A stretch of 64,000 bases of DNA from an uncultured Candidatus Binatia bacterium (GCA_965242525.1 OZ251459.1:2976001-3040000); one strand, 5' to 3'. Counted from the first letter of the stretch, positions 29,315 through 39,645 are shown. Program-made: numbers and translations. Notes: a model not told the origin generated them from the sequence alone.

Positions 29315-30736
29315 GGGGACTCCCTCCCGAACGGCGCGTCCACGACGCAGGACCACTCCACGGATCCGGACGGAAACCACGCGGAAACGAAGTGGAAATG
29401 AAACGCGGATCAGTGTACGATTTCCCCAACGAAAACAACGAAGTCATGTGAAATGAACGGGAAATGATCCGTAAGTGAAACCCGAAGAAGTCAGCCGCTA
29501 CGCCGCTCCGAAACAGTGGATACGCCACGACGCCGCGGCCGTCTTCGACCTGCTGGTGGAGGCTCGGACCGCCGGGGGCGTGCTGAACCGGCTGCCGTAC
29601 CTGCGTCGATGGATCGAGCAGGTCCACGAAGAGCAACTGCGTTTGGAGGCGGCGGGCACCTCGCGCATCGAAGGCGCGGAGTTCACCCGGCCGGAAGAGG
29701 ATGAAGCCCTGGCTCCCGACGCTGCCGCTCGCACCGACCTGACCCGTTCCCAGCGGCAGTTGCGGTCCGCGGACGCCGCCTACCGCTGGCTGCGCGGCCA
29801 ACCGGCCGACCGCGGGGTCACCGCCGAGTTCATCCTCGGCGTCCACCGGCGCATCGTGACCGGCTGCGACGACGACCATTGCGAGCCCGGGGCGCTGCGG
29901 CCCGCGGACTGGAACGTCACCTTCGGCACGCCCCGCTGCCGCGGGGTCCGGGGCGGCGACGCCTGCCGGGCGGCTTTCGAGGCCCTTTGCGCGGCCGTAG
30001 CCGGGGAGTTCCGGCAACACGACCGCATCATCCAGGCCGTGGCCGTCCACTACCACATCGGCGCCATGCACCCCTTCGGCGACGGCAACGGCCGCACCGC
30101 CCGTGCCATGGAAGCGTTCATGCTGCGGCAGGCCGGCGTCAACGACGTGGTCATGGTCAGCCTGTCCAACGACTACTACGAGCGCAAGGACCAATACATG
30201 GCGGCGCTGTACGAGTCCCGGCGGAACGGACACGACCTCACGCCGTTCCTCCGGTTCGCCCTGTCCGCGGTGACCCGGAGGTGCAACGCCGTCGCCGCGG
30301 CCATCGTCGCCAACAACCGGCGAACCCTGTTCCGCGAATTCGCCACGTCGCTGTTCGGACGTCTGCGCAGCCCCCGCCGGCGAGTCCTGGCGGAACGGCA
30401 ACTGAATATCCTGGAGACCCTGCTGGACGGCGGCGGCTCGATGGGCCTGGATGATATGGGGAAACGATCCTTCATCCATTACCAAGGTCTCAAGTTTCCC
30501 GCTCGCGCGCTGGCGCGTGATCTGGCCGGGCTGCTGGACCTGTCCGCCATCACCTACGACAGCCACGCCGAACGGCTCGCCGTCAACCTGGACTGGCCGC
30601 AACAGACGTCGGAATCGGAGATGATGGAACGGTACGAAAAGATGCCGCCTGCTGCGTCCACCCGGCATCCGGCCATGACGGAACTGTCCGGACTCCTGGG
30701 CCGCCGGCGCCCCTGACCATGATTCCGCTTGGCTGA
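29296..30736 (+). repeat. 19-bp direct repeat CATGATTCCGCTTGGCTGA (29296-29314 and 30718-30736) bracketing the fic gene
   Basis: Exact duplication of the last 19 bp of gst. Confidence 0.9.
29475..30716 (+). CDS. Fic-family protein
   Basis: Canonical HPFGDGNGRTAR; upstream TSRIEG inhibitory-helix-like motif. Confidence 0.92.
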   Translation: MKPEEVSRYAAPKQWIRHDAAAVFDLLVEARTAGGVLNRLPYLRRWIEQVHEEQLRLEAAGTSRIEGAEFTRPEEDEALAPDAAARTDLTRSQRQLRSADAAYRWLRGQPADRGVTAEFILGVHRRIVTGCDDDHCEPGALRPADWNVTFGTPRCRGVRGGDACRAAFEALCAAVAGEFRQHDRIIQAVAVHYHIGAMHPFGDGNGRTARAMEAFMLRQAGVNDVVMVSLSNDYYERKDQYMAALYESRRNGHDLTPFLRFALSAVTRRCNAVAAAIVANNRRTLFREFATSLFGRLRSPRRRVLAERQLNILETLLDGGGSMGLDDMGKRSFIHYQGLKFPARALARDLAGLLDLSAITYDSHAERLAVNLDWPQQTSESEMMERYEKMPPAASTRHPAMTELSGLLGRRRP

Positions 30737-30743
30737 ACAAGGT

Positions 30744-30763
30744 TGCATTACCCCGGTAATGCA
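30744..30763. promoter_or_regulatory. Palindromic operator candidate TGCATTACC-CC-GGTAATGCA
   Basis: Perfect 9-bp arms just upstream of an AbrB antitoxin. Confidence 0.6.
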
Positions 30764-30778
30764 CGCCAGGATGCCCCC

Positions 30779-31039
30779 ATGTCGTCCATGGAATCGAGGA
30801 TTACCTCCCAAGGCCAGACCTCCGTCCCCGCCCGCATCCGCCGCAAGCTGGGCCTGACCCCGGGGTCGGTGGTCGAGTGGCGCGAGCGGGGTGACGAGGT
30901 CGTGGTCCGGCGTGCTTCGAAGCGTTCGTCACAGGACATCCACGACGCGGTGTTCGCCGCGCCTCCGGACCCGGTCAGCGTCGCCGGAATGGACGACGGC
31001 ATCCGAGACCACTTGCGACGCAAGCATGCGCGCCCTTGA
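30779..31039 (+). CDS. AbrB/MazE-family antitoxin
   Basis: SRITSQGQTSVPARIRRKLGLTPGSVVEW. Confidence 0.88.
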   Translation: MSSMESRITSQGQTSVPARIRRKLGLTPGSVVEWRERGDEVVVRRASKRSSQDIHDAVFAAPPDPVSVAGMDDGIRDHLRRKHARP

Positions 31040-31095
31040 CACGAACCTCCTGGTCCGGTTGATCGTGCGCGATGACGCGCAACAGGCGGACCGTG
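31026..31095 (+). pseudogene. Truncated VapC/PIN toxin
   Basis: MRALDTNLLVRLIVRDDAQQA overlaps the antitoxin stop, then loses PIN similarity. Confidence 0.72.
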
Positions 31096-31206
31096 GCACG
31101 CATCGACGGCGCCGTCAGCCCCTGATCCACAAAACAGCGGAGGGCAATACGCCGGCATCCGGCCATGACGGAGCCGTCAAGACTCCTGGACCGGCGCCGC
31201 CCCTGG

Positions 31207-31509
31207 TTACGCGCTCGCCTCTCTCCTACCCTTGAGCGTGGGCAGGGATTCGATGCTCTTGGCGGCTTTCCGCTCCGCAACCCGCAACTCGTAGAGTTTC
31301 TGCAAGTTCATCCAGAACTCCGGGCTGGTGCTGAAGAAATGGCCCAGCCGCAGGGCCGTATCGCCGGTAACCGCCCGCCGTCCGTTGAGGATCCCGGTAA
31401 TGCGGTTGGTCGGCACCCGGATCTGCCGAGCAAGCGCCGCGGCGCTCATGCCCAACTCCTTCAACTCGTCGGCGAGATGTTCCCCGGGGTGGATTCCAGG
31501 TAATGGCAT
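31207..31509 (-). CDS. higA: HigA-family antitoxin
   Basis: IHPGEHL, ALARQIRVPTNRI, TALRLGHFF, PEFWMNLQ. Confidence 0.92.
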   Translation of the reverse strand: MPLPGIHPGEHLADELKELGMSAAALARQIRVPTNRITGILNGRRAVTGDTALRLGHFFSTSPEFWMNLQKLYELRVAERKAAKSIESLPTLKGRREASA

Positions 31510-31805
31510 GACGGTTTTTCCCTCAGTGATAGTCAACGATCTCTACATTCAAAGGTCCCGGGGACCAATTCGGCCACTCGAAGCAGATCCGCCATCGGTC
31601 GTTGATGCGGATGCTGTACTGACCTTTTCGGTCTCCCTTCAGGGTTTCGAAGCGGTTGCTGCGCAATGCGGCAAGATCCCGTCGAACACGCTGACTCCAG
31701 CCGGTCCATCTTCAACCGGGCGGCGCGCTCGATGCCCGAGAAAGCGCTGATCCGGTTCCCGTCTGCAAAGTCTCTGGTTCGCTTATCGCGATAGCCGATG
31801 ATCAT
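31505..31805 (-). pseudogene. higB: HigB-family toxin, frameshifted
   Basis: MIIGYRDKRT...IERAARLKM in one frame, NRFETLKGDRKGQYSIRINDRWRICFEW in another. Confidence 0.8.
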
Positions 31806-31894
31806 CGTCAACCCTATCCTGCGTTATGCGTTACGTCAAGAGTAACGGACAATCCGGACGCAAACCTTACCACCAGAAGCAAACACCGTGCCGA

Positions 31895-32385
31895 TACTTC
31901 AAGCTGAAGTTCTGGCGCGGTGACAAGCGAACTGGTTGTTTTCATTGGGTTTTACGCTGTGGAGAGGGAGGGTTTCTGACTACATATGGAGTTTGACGCC
32001 GATGAGGTCGAGGGCCTTTCTCTGTATGGGGGTGGGTACGGTGAGCAACTCGAAGGTGTCATTGGAGCCGTGCATCCGTACCGTGTTCTGTGTGAGGGTG
32101 GCAAGGTGATCGAGCAAGCCCCGGAAGTGATGCACCGGGAACTCGTGGTCAGTGGTGCGCCGGGTGCTGGTCTTGTGTTGGGCGCTCCGGGAGCATTCCG
32201 GGGGCTGTACGGGTGAGGGGCGTAGCGTTGCGGAGGCGTGGGGGTCGTCGTCGGCGAACAACAGGGGAGCAAGCCAACGGCGCATGTGCCACTCCACGTG
32301 ATAAGCGAGCATGCACAGGAAGACATGGGCGCGCACGCGGTGGCCGAGTCGGTGGTAGATGGGACGCACGTGCAAGTCCAAAGTT
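31895..32385 (-). mobile_element. IS1634-family transposase 3' fragment
   Basis: LHVRPIYHRLGHRVRAHVFLCMLAYHVEWHMR...PTPIQRKALDL; N-terminus absent. Confidence 0.8.
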
Positions 32386-32478
32386 GTTCCAGGGTTGTTC
32401 CCAGTGCTCTTGACAAAAGGATGCCTTCGGACTATACTTCCGACGGAACAACACAGGAACAACCGGGGGGGGTCTTTT

Positions 32479-34764
32479 ATGGCAACACAACGATACACGG
32501 CCAGCCTGAGCCAGTCTCAGGGACGGTCGGGATACTCGATTATCTTCCGACATCCGGTAAGGAGGGACGAGACGGGGAAACCGGGAATCAGGGTCCGACG
32601 AGGTTTGGGGACCCGCGACAAGGCGGAAGCCGAGCGACTCCGAGACGAGTTGAACCGGCTTCTCGCAGATCCGAAATACCACGACCCAGCGGCCCGAGCC
32701 GAGGCCGAGAGGCGGTTCGACCTCTGGGTCGTTGACATCTTCTTCGACAAGATGGTCCCGGAGAGGGTCAACTACTCCGACCTACGCGAAAAGGCTATTC
32801 ATCTCCCCCCCAGTGGCGAACCCGATGGCTACCGACACGTACTGTTCCTCGGCACGACCGGTGCGGGAAAGACGACCCTCGTTCGGCAACTCATCGGGAC
32901 AGACCCCAAGACGGAGCGCTTCCCGGCAACCTCCACGTCCAGGACCACCATCCACGACACGGAAATCATCATGGACGACGGTCCTTGGCGCGCTGTTGTA
33001 ACCTTCGTTTCGAGTGACGAAACTCGCGAATACCTGAAAGAGTGTATCTCTAGCGCCATTCTCGAAGCTTACCGAGACCGGGATGCTGATGACACGAGTG
33101 TGCTCCGGCGTCTTCTAAACCACGTCGATCAGCGCTTCCGTTTCAACTACGTCCTAGGTAACGGCCCAAGGACCGAGCCTGATATTTCTGACTTCGATGA
33201 GGAAAGTGAGTCCGAGGACGACGTCGAGTCGTTCCTGAACGATGAACCTGAGGCAATCGACCTCGCTGCCACCAATAAGTTGCTTGCGCACACCGTGGAG
33301 CAATTGCGGGAGTTGGCGACGCGACACGGAGACCGGTTACGCGAGGAACTGGATGCGGAAAACCAAGACGATGAACGCACTATCAATGAGCTGTTCGAAG
33401 AGGAGTTGGACAATCTGTTGAGGGAAGATGAGGACTTCCACAGAATTACCGATAACTTGATGGATGAGATCGAGAAACGCTTCGAACTGCTCAGTACGGA
33501 GAACGTGAACAGGAACCAGCAAGACTGGCCTCAGACATGGACAAGAGAATGGCCAGCGGAACAACGCGCCGAGTGCCTGAAGGAGATCGGCAGGTTTTCG
33601 AGCAACCATGCGTCCAGGTACGGCTATCTCCTGACCCCGCTCGTGACCGGAGTGCGTGTCGCCGGCCCTTTCTCTCCCACGTGGACAGACGGGCAAGCCA
33701 AGCTCGTGCTCTTGGATGGGGAAGGGCTGGGACACACCCCCAAGTCGTCCTCCTCGGTATCAACGGCGGTGAGTCGGGGCATCAAGGCTGCCGACGCGGT
33801 AGTCCTCGTAGACAACGCGACACAACCGATGCAAGCTGCCCCGATGGCCGCCATGCGTGAAGTCGTTGCAACCGGTAATGGATCCAAGTTGATCTTGGCT
33901 TTCACGCACTTCGATGAAGTGACGGGAGACAACCTTCCCGGCGTCCGTGACAAGGAGCAACACGTGCTGGACTCGGCAAAGAGTGTCTTGGCTGCTTTCG
34001 GTAAGGATCTTGGTCCATCTGCTGAGCGTGTTCTTCGGAAGCGAATCGAAGGAGCCCGCTTCTTCCTCGCCAACATCCACGAGCCGCTATCGGACAATGC
34101 CAAGGCTGGCCGACGTACCATGGATCAACTCCGAAGACTTCTCGGGGTCATTGACCAAGTCATCGAGAGGCCGCAACCTGTCGAAGGACGCCCGGTTTAC
34201 GACCGTACGAGACTGGTACTTGCTGTGCATGCGGCGGCCAAAGCCTTTCAGGAGGAGTGGCGAACTCGGCTCGGCCTTGAATACACCCCAGGCTTCGAGA
34301 AGGAACATTGGGCACGCATCAAAGCTCTAAGTCGTCGTATGGCTACAATGGGAGAAGACGAATACAGATGGCTACGTCCAGTTGCTGACCTCAGGCGGGA
34401 ACTGACGAACAGACTCTATCCGTTTATCCAGAATCCATTAAGATGGCATGGCCCTGATCCCTCGGAAGAGGAAAAACAGAACAAGTATGACGATCTGGCA
34501 AACAACTTGAGCGAGAGACTTCTCGATCTGGCGACACGTCGCGTGTGGAAGATGCGGGTCAATGAGTGGCAGGACGCCTACGATCAGTCCGGCCGAGGCT
34601 CGACCTTCGATCGTGCGCGCATCATCGACAGCGACATCTATGAACCAGCCTCACTGATTCCGGATCCGGACGTCACGCCTTCGCCAGATCGCAATGAGTT
34701 CATGCGGGAGGTAGTGGCCGAAGTGGAAGCTGCTACTAGGGAAATTGGCGCAGAGCTTCGATAA
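32479..34764 (+). CDS. Large hypothetical P-loop GTPase (dynamin-like)
   Basis: G1 GTTGAGKT, G2-like STSRTT, G3 DGEG, G4-like FTHFD; helical C-terminus. Confidence 0.7.
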   Translation: MATQRYTASLSQSQGRSGYSIIFRHPVRRDETGKPGIRVRRGLGTRDKAEAERLRDELNRLLADPKYHDPAARAEAERRFDLWVVDIFFDKMVPERVNYSDLREKAIHLPPSGEPDGYRHVLFLGTTGAGKTTLVRQLIGTDPKTERFPATSTSRTTIHDTEIIMDDGPWRAVVTFVSSDETREYLKECISSAILEAYRDRDADDTSVLRRLLNHVDQRFRFNYVLGNGPRTEPDISDFDEESESEDDVESFLNDEPEAIDLAATNKLLAHTVEQLRELATRHGDRLREELDAENQDDERTINELFEEELDNLLREDEDFHRITDNLMDEIEKRFELLSTENVNRNQQDWPQTWTREWPAEQRAECLKEIGRFSSNHASRYGYLLTPLVTGVRVAGPFSPTWTDGQAKLVLLDGEGLGHTPKSSSSVSTAVSRGIKAADAVVLVDNATQPMQAAPMAAMREVVATGNGSKLILAFTHFDEVTGDNLPGVRDKEQHVLDSAKSVLAAFGKDLGPSAERVLRKRIEGARFFLANIHEPLSDNAKAGRRTMDQLRRLLGVIDQVIERPQPVEGRPVYDRTRLVLAVHAAAKAFQEEWRTRLGLEYTPGFEKEHWARIKALSRRMATMGEDEYRWLRPVADLRRELTNRLYPFIQNPLRWHGPDPSEEEKQNKYDDLANNLSERLLDLATRRVWKMRVNEWQDAYDQSGRGSTFDRARIIDSDIYEPASLIPDPDVTPSPDRNEFMREVVAEVEAATREIGAELR

Positions 34765-34883
34765 TTTTCGACACTTGCTTCCCATGGAGCGGTGGAGTTC
34801 AAACCTTGCTGCCTTTTGTGCGTTCAGGGGTAGTGTAGGAGCAGAGTGTTAGAGACATCATAATGTGTTGCAGTTAGTGATAG

Positions 34884-36000
34884 TAGTAACCTGTAACGCT
34901 GACTCAGTTAGTTTTGATACGGTGTGAGACATCGGTGTAGCGCCACTTGATGGGTTTCGCGGTGCGATTGGAAAGTCGGATGTAGCGCATGATCTTTCGT
35001 TTCAAGTCGGTCAAGGAAGTAAAGACGCCGCGGGCAATGACATCGCGTTGGATTCGGGAGAACCAGAGTTCCACCTGGTTGAGCCAGGAGGAGTAGGTCG
35101 GCGTGAAGTGCAGGTAGAGACGAGAGTGGCGAGCCAGGAACTCCTGCACCTGTTTGCTCTTGTGGGCAGCGAAGTTGTCCAGGATGATATGAATGGGACG
35201 TTGGGGTGGTTGTCGTGCCACGATGTCCGAGAGAAACGCAATGAACTCCTGCGCGTCATGTCTGGATGCGGTCTTGCCCAGGACCTCGCCGGTCCGAGTA
35301 TTCAGGGCGGCGTACAAGGAGAGGGTTCCGTGCCGGCGATACTCGAAACCGTGGCGTTCGGCCCGCCCAGGCGACAACGGCAATACCGGGTCCTTGCGGT
35401 CCAGGGCCTGGATCGCCGTCTTCTCGTCCACACAGAAGACCGCAGCATGCTGTGGCGGATTGACATACAAGCCAATGACATCCGCCGCCTTCTTCTCGAA
35501 GTCCGGGTCGCTGGAAGCCATGTACCGTTTCATGCGGTGGGGTCGCAGACCCGCGCGTTTCCACACCCGCGCCACCATCATGTGGTTGATACCCAGATGC
35601 TGCGCCAGCCTGCGAGTGCTCCAATGAGTCGAACCATCCGGCGGCGCTTTCCGGGTCCACTCCAGAATCCGCGCCTCCAGGGCCGGCGTACGTTTCTCTA
35701 CTGCCCGTCCCCGATGCCGGCCATGCAATCCCCCCAGTCCCCCTTCCACGAAACGCTTCTTCCAACGACTGATGAACCCTGCATCACATCCCACCTGCTC
35801 CTGAATCCTGGCGTAGGTCTCCCCCTCTCCCAGCATCAGAATGACTTGTGCCCGGCGAACATCATCCCACCTCAATCTCTGGGATCGCGCTCGCCGTTGC
35901 AGCTCCCTTCTCTCCCCACTGCTCAACTCGATAGCTATGGTAGTTCTCATTCATACATGCTATCATAGACAACTAATGCTGTCAATGTTACAGTGTAGTA
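34884..36000 (-). mobile_element. IS630-family insertion sequence
   Basis: Imperfect inverted ends (CTGTAACGCTGAC...AGTT / AACT...GTCAATGTTACAG) with TA-rich boundaries around a transposase. Confidence 0.85.
34904..35950 (-). CDS. IS630 transposase
   Basis: WSTRRLA, CVDEK, EYRRHGT, ILDN, HFTPTYSSWLNQVE. Confidence 0.95.
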   Translation of the reverse strand: MRTTIAIELSSGERRELQRRARSQRLRWDDVRRAQVILMLGEGETYARIQEQVGCDAGFISRWKKRFVEGGLGGLHGRHRGRAVEKRTPALEARILEWTRKAPPDGSTHWSTRRLAQHLGINHMMVARVWKRAGLRPHRMKRYMASSDPDFEKKAADVIGLYVNPPQHAAVFCVDEKTAIQALDRKDPVLPLSPGRAERHGFEYRRHGTLSLYAALNTRTGEVLGKTASRHDAQEFIAFLSDIVARQPPQRPIHIILDNFAAHKSKQVQEFLARHSRLYLHFTPTYSSWLNQVELWFSRIQRDVIARGVFTSLTDLKRKIMRYIRLSNRTAKPIKWRYTDVSHRIKTN

Positions 36001-36030
36001 GTAGGATTATAGCTTAAAGGAGGAATGCAA

Positions 36031-36886
36031 ATGGCGTTGCGGATTTTGCATACAGCAGTGGCGCAGGTGCCTTCACAGTGGGACGATACCTGTGGTGTAT
36101 TCAGGACGAGTGACACCGGCGCAGTGCCGCAGGTGAGTTTACCGCTGGACGACACCGGGTTCACACAAGACGCTCAAGAACTCGATGTTGCCCAACGTAG
36201 CTAAGATGAAGGGTGGGTTACTTGCCGGGATTCACAGCATGAGCAGGACCGGAACAGCAAAGACGAACGGCAAGGCGACCCTGGCTTTTGACGCCACGGA
36301 TGTTGATGAGGCTATCCTTCCTGTCGGTTGGATCATCAACGATGCCGGGACTTACCGATACTCCAATCTACCGGGAATCGCTTCTCGCAAGGTAGTGGTG
36401 CTTCCTCTTGCTCCAGACACCTTGATTGAGACCGACATGATGAAGGAAGGCGTGGGCACCGGAGCGGTTACGGCCGTCAGCGACGGACAGTTGACTGCGG
36501 ACTTGTCCATTACCGCCGACAAGCTGCTCAAGGTCGTGCTTTCCGGTGGCGGAGGGAGTGGAGCGGTGATTATGGCCAAGGTGGAGACCAGCGACAAGGA
36601 CAGGGTGGTGTTCACTGTGGTCAATGGAGGCGTCGGCTACACCACATCACCTACGATCGACCTTTACGACGATGACACCAAACTGGCGTACACGAACGCA
36701 CGCGAACCCAAGGCCACGGGGCTTTTCCCTGGCGTAAGCGTGTACTTGGGCGCGACTGGAGACGCAGGGAAACCTACCATCAGTCAATTGAACGGTGGTA
36801 AGGTCGGTGTGATCGGGTACTTGGTTGGGGATGATAAGCTATGGGGCACGATTCCGCCCGGATTCGCCCGGATTCGGATGCTCTAG
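36031..36886 (+). pseudogene. Phage-like structural protein, apparently frameshifted near 36185
   Basis: Strong RBS AAAGGAGG, then a 57-aa ORF overlapping a 233-aa Gly/Thr-rich ORF in the +1 frame. Confidence 0.45.
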
Positions 36887-37235
36887 CTGGCCTGCCTTGG
36901 CGGGACTTCCCGGCCTGACCGCAGCCACGGTCCAGAGTCGCTTTGCCGCAGACGCGCCTCTAGTCAAGTCCGGTCTCGTGTCCTTCGACAGCGATGACGA
37001 GGGATGGTGCTCGAACGGCCGAACCCGTTGGTTTTCGTACCCGGCCCCGCGGACGGCAACGTGAGAGACCTTCTCTTCAAGGCCGCGCCGCCCGGTGACT
37101 TCGACTGGTCGGACTTCGACCACGTGGGAAGACTGCTGCAAGGGACATTGGGAACCGGCGCCACCGGCGTGAACGTCTTCGTGTACGGCTCTCCGGGCGT
37201 CGGCAAGACCAAGTTCTGCAAAACCCTGGGGCCTC
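36887..37235 (+). pseudogene. AAA ATPase fragment
   Basis: DAPLVKSGL, then WSDFDHV...GVNVFVYGSPGVGKT (Walker A) in another frame; truncated. Confidence 0.7.
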
Positions 37236-37396
37236 CCTGGAAGGCGCGGATGAGCTTGCGAAGATGCTGCGCAGGAGCCGCTGCCAAGCCGGACGGACAG
37301 CGGAAGGTGGGCTTCTGACGCCGCGGCTCGGCGATGGCGCCATCCACGTCAAATTGCAATATCCCGCAAGAGTGGATAGCAAGAAACGAGGCGGGC

Positions 37397-39439
37397 ATGA
37401 GCGGCAACCCACAAATACTGCGGATCCAGGAACGCTTGGAGAACGACCTTGCTCTCGGTGAGAGCCACTTCCGGGAGTTCAAGAGCGCCCACGAAGGACC
37501 CGTCCATCGGAAGCGGCGGCGAAAGGTGAGCCAGGTCGCCAGGGACGTGGGGGAAACCCTGGTGGCGTTTGCCAATGCCGATGGGGGGACGCTGATCGTC
37601 GGGGTAGAGGACGATGGCGCGATTTCGGGAGTTCCCTACGCTGACGACGGGATCGAGGTGCTCCGAAACGCGCCTGCGACCCATGTTCACGAGGACACGC
37701 CTCTGGCCGGTGTCAGACATCACCTGGTTCAGACGGGAGAACGGACGGTGCTGGTGTTCGAGGTCCAGAAGGGGACTCAATACATCCATCTCACCAGCGA
37801 TGGGCGCTGTTTCCAACGCAGGGACACGCGCACTGTACCGGTAGCTTCGGAGCAGATCCGGTTCGAACGCCACGAGCAGGTGTCGAGGGAGTACGATCGC
37901 CAGTGGATCGATGGCGCCGCCGTAGCCGACCTTCGCCTCGACCTTCTGGAATCCGTCAAGGAAACGGTCTCGCCGGGCATGTCTGTGGAGAAGTGCCTGC
38001 AGACCCTCGGACTGGCCGAGTTCGTTGCCGGGAGGTTGCGCCTGAGAAAGGCTGCCCTGTTGCTGTTCGCGCAGGACATCGGACGGTGGCATCCAAGGTC
38101 GGAGGTCCGCATCCAGCAGGTTGCAGGCCCGGAATTGCGGACGGGCGCCGATTACAACGTCATCAAGGATGAAACGTATCCGGGGAACGTGCTCGAACTG
38201 CTGAGTGAGGGATGGGAACAGTTCAGGCAGTTCCTCGTCCAGCGGCGCTTGGCGGGCGGGACCTTCCAGCTTCGAACCTCCTATCCCGAAGACGCCTGCC
38301 GTGAAGCGTTCGTCAACGCCATCGCCCACCGGGACTACAGCATCGAAGGGCGCTCCATCGAAATCCTGGTGTTCAGCGACCGGCTGGAGATACGGAATCC
38401 CGGCAGACTGCTCTCGACGATCGACCTCTCGGAACTGAAACGAGGAGCCGGGGTTCACGATTCACGAAACACCTATGTTGCCCGCGTCCTGAGGGAACTC
38501 GGTTACATGCAGGAAATGGGCGAGGGCATCCGCAGGATCAGCGACCTGATGAACGGCCACGAGCTCGCCCCTCCGGACATCGGCTCCGGCGACCATAGCT
38601 TCCTGATGACCTTCTCCCACAGGAATATCTTCAATCCCGTGGAACAGAGATGGTTGGAAGCATTCGAGGGTTTCAACCTCGGCCGTGAGGAGAAACTGGT
38701 GGTCTTGATGGGGCGGGGAGGAAAACTGATTGCTCCGGCGCAGGTATCAGAGGCGCTGGACCCCGTCGATACCGAAGAATACAGACAGATCATAGAGCGG
38801 CTCCAGACCAAGGGGTTGCTGTCCGCGCCGGTGTCACGAAACGCCGCGAGCGCCACTGCCCGCCGGAAGGGGATCTCGGCCCGACAGGTGCCGAGGTTTG
38901 CCATACGGACACCGGACGTCTCCCAGAGAGACCATCGGGAAGTCGTCGAGGTCCTCGTTTCGCTCGGTCCCCTGAACCAGGTAACGGGCTCGAACCTCGA
39001 ACGGATACGCGACCGGCTGAGCGGCCGGAACATCTACCGCGGCACGGCAACGATCCGGCGGCTCCTGCGGTGGCTGGAACTGATCGACGACGACAGCATA
39101 CCGACCCAACGGCTGCGGGACTTCTGGTCGGACGACAGGGACGCTCCGTCCGGTCGGAAGCCCGACACCGCGGAAACACAGCCGTCCCTTGCCCCGGTCA
39201 AGGACATTTACGTTGGCAACCTCGACTACGGAGTCACGGAGGAAGAGCTCACGGGGATGTTCGAACGAGTCGGCAAGGTGACGAGCGTGACCATACCGAA
39301 GGACTACCTGACCGGCCACAACCGGGGTTACGCGTTCGTGCGAATGGCCGACTCGGCAGCGAGCCTCCAAGCCATTGCGGAGATCAACGGACGGTCCCTG
39401 GGGAATCGGGCGCTGAAGCTCGGCTGGTCTTACCGATAG
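37397..39439 (+). CDS. Schlafen/AlbA_2 - HATPase_c_4 - RRM fusion protein
   Basis: GESHFREFKS, AFANADGGTLIVGVED; REAFVNAIAHRDY, RNPG, SRN, GEGI; C-terminal IYVGNL (RNP2) and RGYAFVRM (RNP1). Confidence 0.88.
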   Translation: MSGNPQILRIQERLENDLALGESHFREFKSAHEGPVHRKRRRKVSQVARDVGETLVAFANADGGTLIVGVEDDGAISGVPYADDGIEVLRNAPATHVHEDTPLAGVRHHLVQTGERTVLVFEVQKGTQYIHLTSDGRCFQRRDTRTVPVASEQIRFERHEQVSREYDRQWIDGAAVADLRLDLLESVKETVSPGMSVEKCLQTLGLAEFVAGRLRLRKAALLLFAQDIGRWHPRSEVRIQQVAGPELRTGADYNVIKDETYPGNVLELLSEGWEQFRQFLVQRRLAGGTFQLRTSYPEDACREAFVNAIAHRDYSIEGRSIEILVFSDRLEIRNPGRLLSTIDLSELKRGAGVHDSRNTYVARVLRELGYMQEMGEGIRRISDLMNGHELAPPDIGSGDHSFLMTFSHRNIFNPVEQRWLEAFEGFNLGREEKLVVLMGRGGKLIAPAQVSEALDPVDTEEYRQIIERLQTKGLLSAPVSRNAASATARRKGISARQVPRFAIRTPDVSQRDHREVVEVLVSLGPLNQVTGSNLERIRDRLSGRNIYRGTATIRRLLRWLELIDDDSIPTQRLRDFWSDDRDAPSGRKPDTAETQPSLAPVKDIYVGNLDYGVTEEELTGMFERVGKVTSVTIPKDYLTGHNRGYAFVRMADSAASLQAIAEINGRSLGNRALKLGWSYR

Positions 39440-39475
39440 GCGGACGACCCGGGTCCGCAGTGGCGAGCAGGGAGG

Positions 39476-39645
39476 GCGCGTCCTTCGACTTCGCTTCGCT
39501 ACGCTCAGGATGAATGGGGGACTTCGCTTCGCTACGCTCGGGACGAACGGAGGACTCCGCTTCGCTACGCTCGGGACGAACGGGGATAGGAGGGTCAGGG
39601 CGAGGGAATCCATCCTGGATGTCTCGATTGGTCAGAGGTTCCAAT
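39476..39645. repeat. Family B cluster (three tandem cores plus right end TCAGAGGTTCC)
   Basis: CTTCGCTACGCTC(A/G)GGA(C/T)GAA three times. Confidence 0.8.

Noticed and set aside
28232-29380. 382-aa extended GroES
   Set aside because: The extension is antisense to gst; the true start is 28522 with a GGAGG RBS
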